Notes under the pieces: model-generated
Told to the model about the DNA's origin: nothing
The model's input: the letters and a program-made list of their open reading frames with translations, nothing else
The model's database searches: none
In this document: positions 7,536 to 16,601 of the stretch, piece after piece
Layout: every line of letters starts with the position of its first letter
How positions within the stretch are numbered: the stretch's first letter is position 1
Program-made: the position numbers and the translations under genes
DNA from: a virus
Virus record (IMG/VR): IMGVR_UViG_3300043331_001462
Location: 1 to 40,026 of that record
Strand: one strand, 5' to 3'
DNA: 40,026 nt

Positions 7536-7563
7536 CTCCCCGGCAGGCCGCTGACCTGCGGAA

Positions 7564-8175
7564 ATGGTCGCAATGACGCAAGATCGGGTCACTCGGATCG
7601 ACGCGGCGATCAGCGATGTGATCGGTTCCCGGATCCGTGATCTGCGCGAATCGGCCGGTCTGTCGCGTGAGGACCTGGCCGTCGCCGCGCGCGAGGCCGG
7701 CGCGCCGGCGTCGCTGACCGGCACGGTCATCCGCTTCCTGGAGACCGGCCGGCCGGACAAGGACGGGCGGCGCACCCGCTACTTCGCCTTCGACGAGCTG
7801 CTCGGCGTGGCCGCCGGGCTCGAGGTGTCGCCGCTGGAGCTGCTCGGCGACCAGGCGGTGCACTTCGCCGGCGAGCAGGTCGCCGCCACGACGAGCTGCG
7901 CGAACTGCGGCGCCACGCCGGGCCCGGTCGAGACGACGGTGCGCACGGACCTGGCGCAGCTGGCCGCCGCCGAGCTGGAGCCCTCGCTGGCGCAGATCGC
8001 GTACGGGCTGGCCCGGGCCGTGGACGTCGCCGCGCTCGCCGGCGACGGCGCGCTGCCGCGGCTGACCCGCGAACTGCGGGCCTGCCTGGAGCAGATCGCC
8101 GCCGGCCGCCGCGGCCACGTCGACCCGGACCCGGACGCCGAAGACGAGCTCGACGGCCTTGACGAGCCGGACTGA
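7564..8175 (+). CDS. Terminase small subunit candidate with N-terminal XRE-type HTH
   Basis: Lies between the HNH gene and TerL. HTH segment is IGSRIRDLRESAGLSREDLAVAA. The C-terminal LTRELRACLEQI segment resembles actinophage TerS. Confidence 0.55.
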   Translation: MVAMTQDRVTRIDAAISDVIGSRIRDLRESAGLSREDLAVAAREAGAPASLTGTVIRFLETGRPDKDGRRTRYFAFDELLGVAAGLEVSPLELLGDQAVHFAGEQVAATTSCANCGATPGPVETTVRTDLAQLAAAELEPSLAQIAYGLARAVDVAALAGDGALPRLTRELRACLEQIAAGRRGHVDPDPDAEDELDGLDEPD

Positions 8176-9730
8176 AGACCGACGGCGGGCGGAGATCTAC
8201 GCCTCCTACGGCCTGACCTGCCCGCCCCGGTACGCCACCCTGCGCAACCCGGACCGGCCGACGTACGGCGGCAAGGTGGCCCGCATCGCCGCCAAGCTGG
8301 GTACCCCGCTGATGCCGTGGCAGCGCTACGTCGCCGACACCGCCCTGGAAATCGACCCGGCCACCGGCACGTTCGCCTACCGCAAGGTGGGCTGCACGGT
8401 GCCGCGGCAGTCCGGCAAGACCTCGCTGATCCTGCCGGTGGCCTGCCACCGCGGGATGGCCTGGCAGTCCCAGCGCATCCGCTACGCCGCCCAGTCCGGC
8501 ACCGAGGCCCGGCAGAAGTGGGAGGACGACCAGATCCCGCTGCTGGAGGCGGCCAAGTTCGTCCCGCAGCGGTGCCGCATCCGCAAGGCCAACGGCCGCG
8601 AGGCCATCATCTGGCGGGCCACCGGCAGCATCCACAGCCTGCACAACAACACCGAGAAGTCCGGCCACGGCAAGACCCTGCACCTGGGCCTGCTCGACGA
8701 GTACTTCGCCCAGGTCGACTACCGCATCTCGGCGGCCTGGTCCCCCGCGATGATCACCGTGGAGTCGGCGCAGTCGTGGTGGTTCTCCACCGCCGGCACC
8801 AGCAAGTCGGTGCCGATGAACACTGACCGGGAACGTGGCCGGAAGCTGGCCGAGTCCGGCGCGCCGACCCGCACCGCGTACTTCGACTGGTCGGCGCCTG
8901 AGGGTGCGGACTACACCGACCCGCGGGTGTGGCTGGGCTGCATGCCGGCGCTGTGCCCTCGCCCGCCGTGCCGCTGCTCCCCGCACTGGCGGCACACGGT
9001 CACCATTGACACGCTGCGCGCCGAGCTCGAGGACGCCCAGGGTGACGCGGCGCTCCTGGCGGAGTGGCTGCGGGCGTACATGAACTGGACGCTCGAGGAC
9101 GACGACGTCGAGGCCGACCCCAACGTGCCGACTCTGGCCGAGTGGGACCTGCTCGCCGACGACCGGGCGCCCAGCGGCGACGTGCTAGCCATCGGCGTCG
9201 ACGTGACCCCGCTGCGCGACCACGCCGCCATCGTCGCCGTCGGCGACGGCCCGGACGACGGCACCCCGCGGCTGGTGGTGCTCGACCACGGCGAGGGCGT
9301 CGCCTGGCTGATGCGCCGCATCCTCGAGCTGCGCGACGAGCTCAAGCCGGTGGCCTGGGTCATCGATGAGAAGTCCGGCGCCAACACGCTGCTGCAGCCG
9401 ATGGAGCAGGCCGGCCTGACCCGGATGGGTAAGGACCCGCACCGCGGCGGCGTCTGGGTACCCACCGTCCCCGAGCTGGGCGCGGCCTGCGCGTCGTTCA
9501 CCGACACCGTGCGCGCCGGCGGCCTGGTGCACCTCGGCCAGGACGAGATGACCCTGGCCCTCGCGGGCGCCCGCACCCGCCCGATCGGCGACGGATCCTG
9601 GGCCTGGGGTCGAAAGATCGCCTCCTCGGACATCTCGCCGCTGGTCAGCGGCTCGCTGGCGCTGGCCGCATTCACCCGGTTCCGGCACCTGGCCTTCGAC
9701 AACTACGACGCGGCCGACAACGTCTGGTGA
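8159..9730 (+). CDS. Terminase large subunit
   Basis: Walker A is VPRQSGKTS and Walker B is LHLGLLDEYF. It sits upstream of the portal gene. The start (TTG 8159) is uncertain. Confidence 0.9.
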   Translation: MTSRTEDRRRAEIYASYGLTCPPRYATLRNPDRPTYGGKVARIAAKLGTPLMPWQRYVADTALEIDPATGTFAYRKVGCTVPRQSGKTSLILPVACHRGMAWQSQRIRYAAQSGTEARQKWEDDQIPLLEAAKFVPQRCRIRKANGREAIIWRATGSIHSLHNNTEKSGHGKTLHLGLLDEYFAQVDYRISAAWSPAMITVESAQSWWFSTAGTSKSVPMNTDRERGRKLAESGAPTRTAYFDWSAPEGADYTDPRVWLGCMPALCPRPPCRCSPHWRHTVTIDTLRAELEDAQGDAALLAEWLRAYMNWTLEDDDVEADPNVPTLAEWDLLADDRAPSGDVLAIGVDVTPLRDHAAIVAVGDGPDDGTPRLVVLDHGEGVAWLMRRILELRDELKPVAWVIDEKSGANTLLQPMEQAGLTRMGKDPHRGGVWVPTVPELGAACASFTDTVRAGGLVHLGQDEMTLALAGARTRPIGDGSWAWGRKIASSDISPLVSGSLALAAFTRFRHLAFDNYDAADNVW

Positions 9731-9744
9731 GGGAGGTCACGCGC

Positions 9745-10980
9745 GTGGGTTTCTGGCGTGACCTGGGACGTCGGCTCAGCGGCAGAGAGAGGCGCTACAA
9801 CGGCTACTCGGCCAACTTCTCCAACCCGCCGATTCCGCCGCCCGGCGCCGGCGGCGCCTCGTTCTCCAGCATCGACCTGCGCCGCGCCGAGGCAAGCCTG
9901 CAGTCCGCCGCAGTGTGGTCCTCGACGAACCTGGTGGCCACCGTGCTGGCCAACCTGCCGTTGGACACCTACCGCCGCCAGCCCGACGGCACCGCCCAAC
10001 CCATCGACAACCCGCCGCTGGTCGATGACCCCGGCGGTGAGGGCTACGGCGCGGCGGACTGGCTCTACCAGTACCTGATGTGCCGGCAGCTGCGCGGCAA
10101 CGTCGTCGGGCAGCTGCTGGGCGCCGACCGGGCCACCGGACGCCCGACGCAGATCGTGCTGTACCACCCCGACGAGGCGTACGGCTGGCGCGACTACCAA
10201 GGCGTCCGGCACTGGACGGTCGCTGGCCGGGAGCTGAACGCGGCAGAAATGGCCACCTTGTTCCACCGCCGCGCGTACCCGATGCCCGGCTGCGTGATGG
10301 GAATGTCGCCGGTGGCGTACCACTTCGCCACGATCGGGCAGAACGTCGCCGCCACCCGGTTCGGCCTGCAGTTCTTCCTCGACTCCGGCCACCCGTCCTA
10401 CGTGTACCGCAACAGCCTGGAGGAGATCGACCAGACCAAGGCGGCGGCGGTCAAAGAGCGCGTCATGGCCACCACGTACGGCCGTCGCGAGCCGCTGGTC
10501 ATGGGCAAGGGCTGGGAGAAGCCCGAGCCGCTGCAGGTCAGCCCGGAGGACTCGCAGATGCTGGCCACCCAGGGCTACTCGGCCGCGGACTGCTGCCGGC
10601 TGTTCGGGCCCGGCCTGGCCGAGGTCCTCGGCTACGAGACCGGTGGCAGCCTGACCTACTCCACCCGGGTCGACCGGGCCACCGACCTGCTCACCTTCAC
10701 GTTCGACCCGCACCTGACCGACCTGGAGCGGATGTTCACCGCCCTGCTGCCGCCGCGGGAGTTCGTCCGCTTCAACCGGTCGGCGCTGCTGCGGATGACC
10801 ACCATGGAGCGCTGGCGGGTCTACCTGATGCAGCTGGCCACCAAGGCGCGCGTGATCAACGAGGTGCGCGACGACGAGGACTGGGCGCCGGTGCCCTGGG
10901 GCGACGAGCCGGTCGAGGTGGCCCCGATACCGGCCGGAGCCGGCGCAGACGACGGCAAGACGAAGGAGCCGCCGCGATGA
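9745..10980 (+). CDS. Portal protein (HK97 family)
   Basis: Position and size fit a portal. GTG 9745 lies 8 nt after GGGAGG, with an alternative GTG at 9727. An ATGA overlap joins it to the protease gene. Confidence 0.9.
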   Translation: MGFWRDLGRRLSGRERRYNGYSANFSNPPIPPPGAGGASFSSIDLRRAEASLQSAAVWSSTNLVATVLANLPLDTYRRQPDGTAQPIDNPPLVDDPGGEGYGAADWLYQYLMCRQLRGNVVGQLLGADRATGRPTQIVLYHPDEAYGWRDYQGVRHWTVAGRELNAAEMATLFHRRAYPMPGCVMGMSPVAYHFATIGQNVAATRFGLQFFLDSGHPSYVYRNSLEEIDQTKAAAVKERVMATTYGRREPLVMGKGWEKPEPLQVSPEDSQMLATQGYSAADCCRLFGPGLAEVLGYETGGSLTYSTRVDRATDLLTFTFDPHLTDLERMFTALLPPREFVRFNRSALLRMTTMERWRVYLMQLATKARVINEVRDDEDWAPVPWGDEPVEVAPIPAGAGADDGKTKEPPR

Positions 10981-11648
10981 AGACCAAGTCCGACCGGGCG
11001 TCGGTCGCCGGGATGGAGCGCCGCGCGTTCCCGGTGCGGCTGGAGGTGCGCGCGGCGGCGACCGCAGGCGGGCCCACCGTCGTCGAGGGATACGCCTCGG
11101 TCACCGACGAGCCCTACGAGATGTGGGACTGGTACGGCGCGTACACCGAGGTCATCCGGGCCGGCGCGTTCGCCAAGACACTGGCGGAAAACCCCGCCGT
11201 GCAGCTCCTGCTCAACCACGGCGGCCTGTCCATGGCCTACACCAAGGCGGGCAGCCTCACCCTGGCTGAGGACTCCACCGGCCTGCACATGCGCGCCGAG
11301 GTCAACCCGGCTCGCGGCGACGTGCAGGACATGCTCGCGGCGCTATCCGACGGCGCCGTCGACGAGATGTCGTTCGCCTTCCGAGTGCCCACCGGCAAGA
11401 GCATGTGGTCGCCGGACTACGACGAGCGGTCCATCGTCGAGGTCGACATGCACCGCGGCGACGTGTCCGTCGTCAACTTCGGCGCCAACCCGGCCACCGC
11501 GGTCGGTGTGCGCGCCCAGGACTTCGACCGGCTCGACGAGGCCGCCGCCCGCGAACTGTACGAGCGGCTCGGCGCCCGCCTGGCCGGCCAGGCCCCGCGA
11601 GGTGACGACCTCGCGCTGTACGAGGCCGAGCTGGCACTGCTCGGCTGA
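10977..11648 (+). CDS. Prohead maturation protease (HK97 / S78 family)
   Basis: VVEGYASVTDEPYEM...EVIRAGAFAKTL...LLLNHGG pattern. Lies between the portal and capsid genes. Confidence 0.9.
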   Translation: MKTKSDRASVAGMERRAFPVRLEVRAAATAGGPTVVEGYASVTDEPYEMWDWYGAYTEVIRAGAFAKTLAENPAVQLLLNHGGLSMAYTKAGSLTLAEDSTGLHMRAEVNPARGDVQDMLAALSDGAVDEMSFAFRVPTGKSMWSPDYDERSIVEVDMHRGDVSVVNFGANPATAVGVRAQDFDRLDEAAARELYERLGARLAGQAPRGDDLALYEAELALLG

Positions 11649-11782
11649 CCTGCCTGCCACACCCCGACGCGCCGGAGCCTGCAGCCGGAGCGCGCCACCG
11701 CGCGCCACCACTGCCGGCCACCACTCGGACGGCCCCACGCAGGCGCGACCCAACCGTTTCCACCATCCGAGAGGGGATCTCC

Positions 11783-13276
11783 ATGCTGGAGTTCCTGCGC
11801 AAGCAGCTGGAGCTGCTGCGCGAGAAGCGGGCCGCGCTGAAGGCCAACCTGGACGGCGTCATCGCCGCGCCCAAGGCCGAGCAGCGCGGCCTTAACGACG
11901 ACGAAAAGACCAAGCTGGCGGAGGGCACGGCCGAGCTGCGAAAGCTCGACGGCGAGATCGCCGACACGGCCCAGCAGCTTCAGGAGCTGACCGAGGCCGA
12001 GCAGCGCGACCAGGCCGCCGGGCAGGTCCTCGCCGCGGCCGGGCAGACCGGCCAGCAGCGTGAGCAGGGCGGCGCCCGCGTCGTCGAGCCGCTGACCTAC
12101 AGCCGCCACTCCGGGCAGTCGTACTTCCACGACCTGGCCAAGGGAACCCTGCGCGGCGACCAGGCGGCCCTGGAGCGGCTCAACCGGCACGCCGCCGAGC
12201 TGCGCGTCGAGCTGCCCGCCCGCGAGGTCCGCCGCGAGGCCCGCGCTCGCGCCCAGATGGACCAGATGGCGCTGGCCGAGCGATGGTCCGACCAGCAGCG
12301 TTCCTCGGCGTTCGAGACCCGGGTCAACCCCAACCGCACTGACGGGCAGGGTGGCTACTTCGTGCCGCCGCTGTGGCTGGTCGACGAGTACATCGAGCTG
12401 CCCAGGTTCGGGCGGCCGATCGCGAACGCGGTGCGCAACCTGGAGCTGCCCGGCGGCACCGACAGCATCAACCTGCCGAAGGTGTCCACCGGCACCGCCA
12501 CGGCGGCGCAGACCGCCGACGGCGCGTCGGTTACCTCCACCGACATGACCGACACCAGCGTGTCGGCGTCGGTGTACACCGTGGCCGGCCAGCAGGACGT
12601 CGCCATGCAGCTGCTCGACCAGTCGCCGGCGCCCGGCTTCGACACGGTCGTGTTCTCCGACCTGCTCGCCGACCTGGCGGTGCGCCAGGACGTGTACGTC
12701 ATCAACGGCTCGGGCTCCAACGGCCAGCCCACCGGCATCCTCAACGTCAGCTCGCCCAACGCCATCACCTACACCGACGCGGACCCGACGCTGCCGGAGA
12801 TGTGGGTGCCGTGGATCAAGTCGGTGTCGCAGATCGCCAGCAACCGCAAGATGCCGGCCACCGCGACCTTCGTCATTCCGGCCATCTGGTACTGGGCGGC
12901 CAGTCAGCTGGACACCACCAACCGTCCGCTGATCATCCCGGAGCAGGGCGGCCCGTTCAATCCGATGGCACTGCAGACCGGCGCCGAGGCCGAAGGGCCA
13001 GTCGGCCGGCTCACGGTCGGCACGCCGGTGATCCTCGACGGGAACATCCCGACCAACCTGGGCGGCGGCACCGAGACGCGCATCATCACCCTGCGCACGC
13101 CGGACCTGTACCTGTGGGAGGGCGCCATCCAGACCCGGGTGCTCACCGAGGTGCTCTCCGGCACCCTGCAGGTGCGCTTCCAGGTCTACCGGTACGCCGC
13201 GTTCATGGGTAACCGGCTGCCGAAGGCGATCTCGATCGTGTCCGGCACCGGCGTCATCCCGACGTCCGGATTCTGA
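11783..13276 (+). CDS. Major capsid protein (HK97 fold) with N-terminal coiled-coil delta domain
   Basis: ATG lies 5 nt after GAGAGGGGA. The first ~110 aa are E/K/L/Q-rich, followed by a capsid-like body. Position is immediately after the protease. Confidence 0.9.
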   Translation: MLEFLRKQLELLREKRAALKANLDGVIAAPKAEQRGLNDDEKTKLAEGTAELRKLDGEIADTAQQLQELTEAEQRDQAAGQVLAAAGQTGQQREQGGARVVEPLTYSRHSGQSYFHDLAKGTLRGDQAALERLNRHAAELRVELPAREVRREARARAQMDQMALAERWSDQQRSSAFETRVNPNRTDGQGGYFVPPLWLVDEYIELPRFGRPIANAVRNLELPGGTDSINLPKVSTGTATAAQTADGASVTSTDMTDTSVSASVYTVAGQQDVAMQLLDQSPAPGFDTVVFSDLLADLAVRQDVYVINGSGSNGQPTGILNVSSPNAITYTDADPTLPEMWVPWIKSVSQIASNRKMPATATFVIPAIWYWAASQLDTTNRPLIIPEQGGPFNPMALQTGAEAEGPVGRLTVGTPVILDGNIPTNLGGGTETRIITLRTPDLYLWEGAIQTRVLTEVLSGTLQVRFQVYRYAAFMGNRLPKAISIVSGTGVIPTSGF

Positions 13277-13355
13277 TCCCGAACCGGTGGGCGACCCCCG
13301 CGTGGGCCCGCCCACCGGCCCATCCGGACATCACCCGAGAGAGGAGACGGATCAG

Positions 13356-13676
13356 ATGGCCCACGACCTGCTCGCCGAGCTGGACGGGTACCGCGCCGAG
13401 CTGGACGGTTACGAACGTTCCGGCCGCACGGCCCGCACCGAGGCTGTGCGTGGCGAGATCGACCGCGTTACCAAGCAGATCGCCGGCGAGGTGGAGAAGC
13501 TGAACGCCCAGGCCGACAACCACGAGGAGGCCGGCCAGGACGTGCTGGCCGCCCAGGCGCGGGTGCAGGCCAAGCGGCTGCGCCGTGCACTGGCCGCCGA
13601 GCAGCTGCCCGGCGGCGAGGACACCGCCGACCGGATGCCGCGGCAGACCGCTACGACCAAGCGGAAGGGGTCCTGA
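13356..13676 (+). CDS. Hypothetical coiled-coil protein (106 aa), head-module position
   Basis: ATG follows GAGAGAGGAGA. It is the internal start of ORF 13287..13676. Confidence 0.6.
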   Translation: MAHDLLAELDGYRAELDGYERSGRTARTEAVRGEIDRVTKQIAGEVEKLNAQADNHEEAGQDVLAAQARVQAKRLRRALAAEQLPGGEDTADRMPRQTATTKRKGS

Positions 13677-13677
13677 C

Positions 13678-14250
13678 GTGCCACTGGTGAGGGGCCGCTA
13701 CCCGGTCACCAACCCGGCCTGGAGCCTGGGCGGCAGCCCATCTGGGGTGTACCGGGAGAACATCAGCCGCCTGCAGGCGGTGTCCAACATGTCGGCGCTG
13801 ACCACTCAGGTCATGCTGTCCACGCCGATCCACCTCGAGGCCGGTGACGTCATCACCAGCCTGACGTTCCTGTCCGGCGCCACCGCGGCGAACACGCCGA
13901 CCAACTGGTGGTTCGCCCTGTACGACGACTCGTCGACGCCGGCGCTGGTGCGCCAGACCGCCGACCAGACGACGGGGGCTTGGGCGGCCAACACCGCCAA
14001 GACCGTCGCGCTCGCCTCGACGTACCTGGTGCCCCGCTCGGGCGTCTACTACGCCGCGATCATGGTGAAGGCCACGGCGGTGCCCACCCTGGCCGGGGTC
14101 ACGCTGGAGAACGCGGCCGCCGCCGGCGCGGTCGTGTCCGGACAGAAGGTGCTGGCGCAGACCTCGGGCAGCTCGCTGACCGACACGGCGCCGGCGACGA
14201 TCGCGACGCCCACCACGGTGGCCAACGTCCCGTACGTCGCCGCCACGTAG
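13678..14250 (+). CDS. Hypothetical beta-rich protein (190 aa), possible capsid decoration or fibre component
   Basis: GTG 13678 lies 7 nt after GGAAGGGG. It contains a WWFALYDD motif and is followed by a strong hairpin. Confidence 0.6.
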   Translation: MPLVRGRYPVTNPAWSLGGSPSGVYRENISRLQAVSNMSALTTQVMLSTPIHLEAGDVITSLTFLSGATAANTPTNWWFALYDDSSTPALVRQTADQTTGAWAANTAKTVALASTYLVPRSGVYYAAIMVKATAVPTLAGVTLENAAAAGAVVSGQKVLAQTSGSSLTDTAPATIATPTTVANVPYVAAT

Positions 14251-14255
14251 AAGCT

Positions 14256-14309
14256 GCGTGGCCTCGGTGGCGCAGGGTGTGGTGGCCTGACCCGCCGCCG
14301 AGGCCACGC
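14256..14309 (+). terminator. Long hairpin (12-bp perfect stem GCGTGGCCTCGG/CCGAGGCCACGC, extendable to about 17 bp)
   Basis: Read directly. Lies immediately after the stop at 14250. Confidence 0.55.
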
Positions 14310-14372
14310 AATCGATCTACACCATAACCGTCATTATCGCTACATTTAAATATGGGCATAACAGGACATTCC
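14310..14372 (+). promoter_or_regulatory. AT-rich promoter-like island inside the structural operon
   Basis: atcgatctacaccataaccgtcattatcgctacatttaaatatgggcataacaggacatt is strikingly AT-rich against the GC-rich background. No confident -35/-10 assignment. Confidence 0.4.
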
Positions 14373-14384
14373 GGGGGGTGAGCG

Positions 14385-15038
14385 GTGACCGCCACCGGAT
14401 ACGCCAACGACGCCGTCGTCGTCGAGGTCAACAACGAGACCGGCGACGTCACCCTCACCCCGGAGGACGTCGGCGCCGCCCCCGCCCTGCTGCTGGTGCC
14501 CGAGCCGGGCCGGCGTTGGTTCCTCACCGACGACCCGTTCAACGGCACCTTCACCGCTGGCCTGCAGGCCGGCGACCGGTTCACCTACCCGGTCGGTCAC
14601 GCCAGCGCGCGGGAGACCTACCGGTGGTCGGGCGCGGCCTGGGTGTTCGAACAGATCATCGCCGCGCAGCCGGCGGCCGCCGACGCGGTCGTGCAGGGCC
14701 TGGGGTCGGCCTGGACCAACCTGACCAACCTGAACGCCAACGCCGCGCACTGGGCCACCCACAACGCCCAGGTGCGGCTGATCGACGGCGGCACCGCCGC
14801 CGAGCTGTCCGGACGGCTGACGCTCACCGGCACGGTCAACTCGGGCACCGCGTGGGCGGTCATCCCGGCCGGCTACCGGCCGCTGTTCGAGATGAAGATC
14901 TCCGCCCGCTCGGCCGGCACCGGCGCCACCGGCAACACCGTCACCATCGGCACCGACGGCAGCGTCTCGTTCGGCGCCAGCCTCAACTCCGGCGCCGAGC
15001 TGCCGCTGGACAACATCCGGTTCCGGGTGACCGAATGA
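14385..15038 (+). CDS. Fibre / receptor-binding-like protein (217 aa) in an unusual head-module position
   Basis: GTG follows GGGGGGTGA. The C-terminus (TLTGTVNSGTAWAVIPAGYRP...VTIGTDGSVSF) resembles C1q-like or tail-fibre tip domains. Confidence 0.6.
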   Translation: MTATGYANDAVVVEVNNETGDVTLTPEDVGAAPALLLVPEPGRRWFLTDDPFNGTFTAGLQAGDRFTYPVGHASARETYRWSGAAWVFEQIIAAQPAAADAVVQGLGSAWTNLTNLNANAAHWATHNAQVRLIDGGTAAELSGRLTLTGTVNSGTAWAVIPAGYRPLFEMKISARSAGTGATGNTVTIGTDGSVSFGASLNSGAELPLDNIRFRVTE

Positions 15039-15898
15039 CCGACGAGTACCCGCAGGGCTCCACGGCCACCCTGCTGGCCCAGTTCTACGCCTACGCCGGC
15101 GGGCCGGCGGCGGACGTGTCCGGGCTGACCGTCACCATCACCCCCTCCGGCGGCGGCGCCGCGGTGGTCGGCCCCACCGCGGTCGGGATCGTGCACGAGG
15201 CCACCGGCCTGTACTCCTACCCGTGGGCGATCGACGCCGACGAGACCGTCGGCACGTACGTGGTGCTGTGGGAAGCCACCGGCGACGTGTCGGCCTCCGA
15301 GGTCGTGTACGTGCGCGACGCCACCAACGTCGCGCTGGCCACCCTGACCGAGGTCAAGGCGCACCTGAACATCCCCACCGGCACCACCACCCACGACACC
15401 GAGCTGCGCGCGGCGATCCTGACCGCCTCCGACATCGTCGAGGGCATCGTCGGCGCGGTCGCCCAGCGCACGGTGAGTGAGACCTACTCCGGGCGCGGCC
15501 AGCCCGGCCTGGTGCTGCGCACCCAGCCGGCCATGTCGGTCACCTCAGTCACCGTCGACGGCGTCGCCCTGGCCGCCTCGGGTTACCGGCTGGCCGACTC
15601 CGGGGTGCTCTACCGGGTGGCCGGATACGCCGACCTGCCCTGGCCGTGCGGCCGGGAGAACATCGGCGTGGTGTACGTGGCCGGGCGGCCCGGCACCCCG
15701 CCCGGCGTGCTGGATGGGGTCAAAGAACTGGTGCGCATCAACTTCCGACCCCAGCTGGGCGGCAACTACAGCCCGTTCGACTCCGGCTCCGCCGACGACT
15801 TCGGCCCCGGCGCCGGCGTCATGCGGCTCGGCTTCTTCGTCCCGAACAAGATCGTGGCGAACCTGCAGCGGCACGCCGACCCGGGCGGGTTCGCCTGA
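15035..15898 (+). CDS. Head-tail connector (gp6-like) with N-terminal Ig-like extension
   Basis: ATGA overlap with the upstream gene. LATLTEVKAHLNIPTGTTTHDTELRAAILTASDIVEGIVG is the typical gp6-like connector signature. Confidence 0.7.
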   Translation: MTDEYPQGSTATLLAQFYAYAGGPAADVSGLTVTITPSGGGAAVVGPTAVGIVHEATGLYSYPWAIDADETVGTYVVLWEATGDVSASEVVYVRDATNVALATLTEVKAHLNIPTGTTTHDTELRAAILTASDIVEGIVGAVAQRTVSETYSGRGQPGLVLRTQPAMSVTSVTVDGVALAASGYRLADSGVLYRVAGYADLPWPCGRENIGVVYVAGRPGTPPGVLDGVKELVRINFRPQLGGNYSPFDSGSADDFGPGAGVMRLGFFVPNKIVANLQRHADPGGFA

Positions 15899-16365
15899 TG
15901 GCCACCTCCAGCATCCCGGCCGCGATCGACTACCTGGTGACCCAGGCCCGGGCGCTGCCCGCGTTCGCCGCCCCGGTGGTGGTCTGCGACGGCTGGCCCG
16001 ACCAGCGCGCCGACGCCGGCCTGGTCGTCGGGCTCACCCCGGAGGACCCGGACACCGTCGGCGAGCCGTTCCACGCCGAGGTCGGCGCGCAGACCCAGTG
16101 GGAGGTCTACGACATTCCCTGCCTGCTGTGGGCCCGGATCGGCGGCAGCGACATGCAGGCTGCCCGCAACGCCGCGTTCGCGCTGTTCAACGCCCTGGAC
16201 TCCTTCCTGCGCGCCAACCGGACGCTGGGCGGCGCGCTGCACTCCGGCACCGCGCTGATGACCGGCGTGCGCATCGAGCAGTCCGCCACCGCCGCCGAGG
16301 CCGGCGACGGGCGCACCTGCAAAGTCCGGTTCGTCGTGCGCTGCAAAAACCGCTCCACCGCCTGA
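15898..16365 (+). CDS. Head-tail joining (neck) protein, possibly tail terminator
   Basis: TGATG overlap with the upstream gene. 155 aa. Called from position between the connector and tail tube genes. Confidence 0.6.
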   Translation: MATSSIPAAIDYLVTQARALPAFAAPVVVCDGWPDQRADAGLVVGLTPEDPDTVGEPFHAEVGAQTQWEVYDIPCLLWARIGGSDMQAARNAAFALFNALDSFLRANRTLGGALHSGTALMTGVRIEQSATAAEAGDGRTCKVRFVVRCKNRSTA

Positions 16366-16379
16366 GGAGGCCCGCCGCC

Positions 16380-16598
16380 GTGAAGGTCCGCTCCCCCTAC
16401 GACGAGCCGGTCGACCAGCCGTGGCTCGGCCGGGTGGTCAACCCCGGGCAGGTCGTCGACATCCCCGCCGACCTGCTGCCCAACTTCGTGGCCGCCGGAT
16501 GGAAGCCGGCCGACCCCGAGGCCAGCAAGGCCGCCAAGGAACTGGATGCGGCCGCATCGACCGACGCGCCGGCCGCCGGCGCCACGCAGGAAGGCTGA
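16380..16598 (+). CDS. Hypothetical small protein (72 aa)
   Basis: GTG 16380 lies 9 nt after GAGGAGG. Confidence 0.5.
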   Translation: MKVRSPYDEPVDQPWLGRVVNPGQVVDIPADLLPNFVAAGWKPADPEASKAAKELDAAASTDAPAAGATQEG

Positions 16599-16601
16599 TC
16601 G

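Noticed and set aside
11649-11782. GCCACC-rich 133-bp gap between the protease and capsid genes as a regulatory element
   Set aside because: It contains only three short GCCACC(A/G)C repeats and no hairpin or AT-rich feature. It is probably just a leader with a strong RBS for the highly expressed capsid gene.
7727-13315. Large minus-strand ORFs opposite terminase, portal and capsid (7727..8995, 9703..10713, 11417..13315)
   Set aside because: They lie antisense to genes with clear Walker, portal and capsid signatures, and their translations are Arg/Gly/Pro-dominated. They are GC-driven shadow ORFs.
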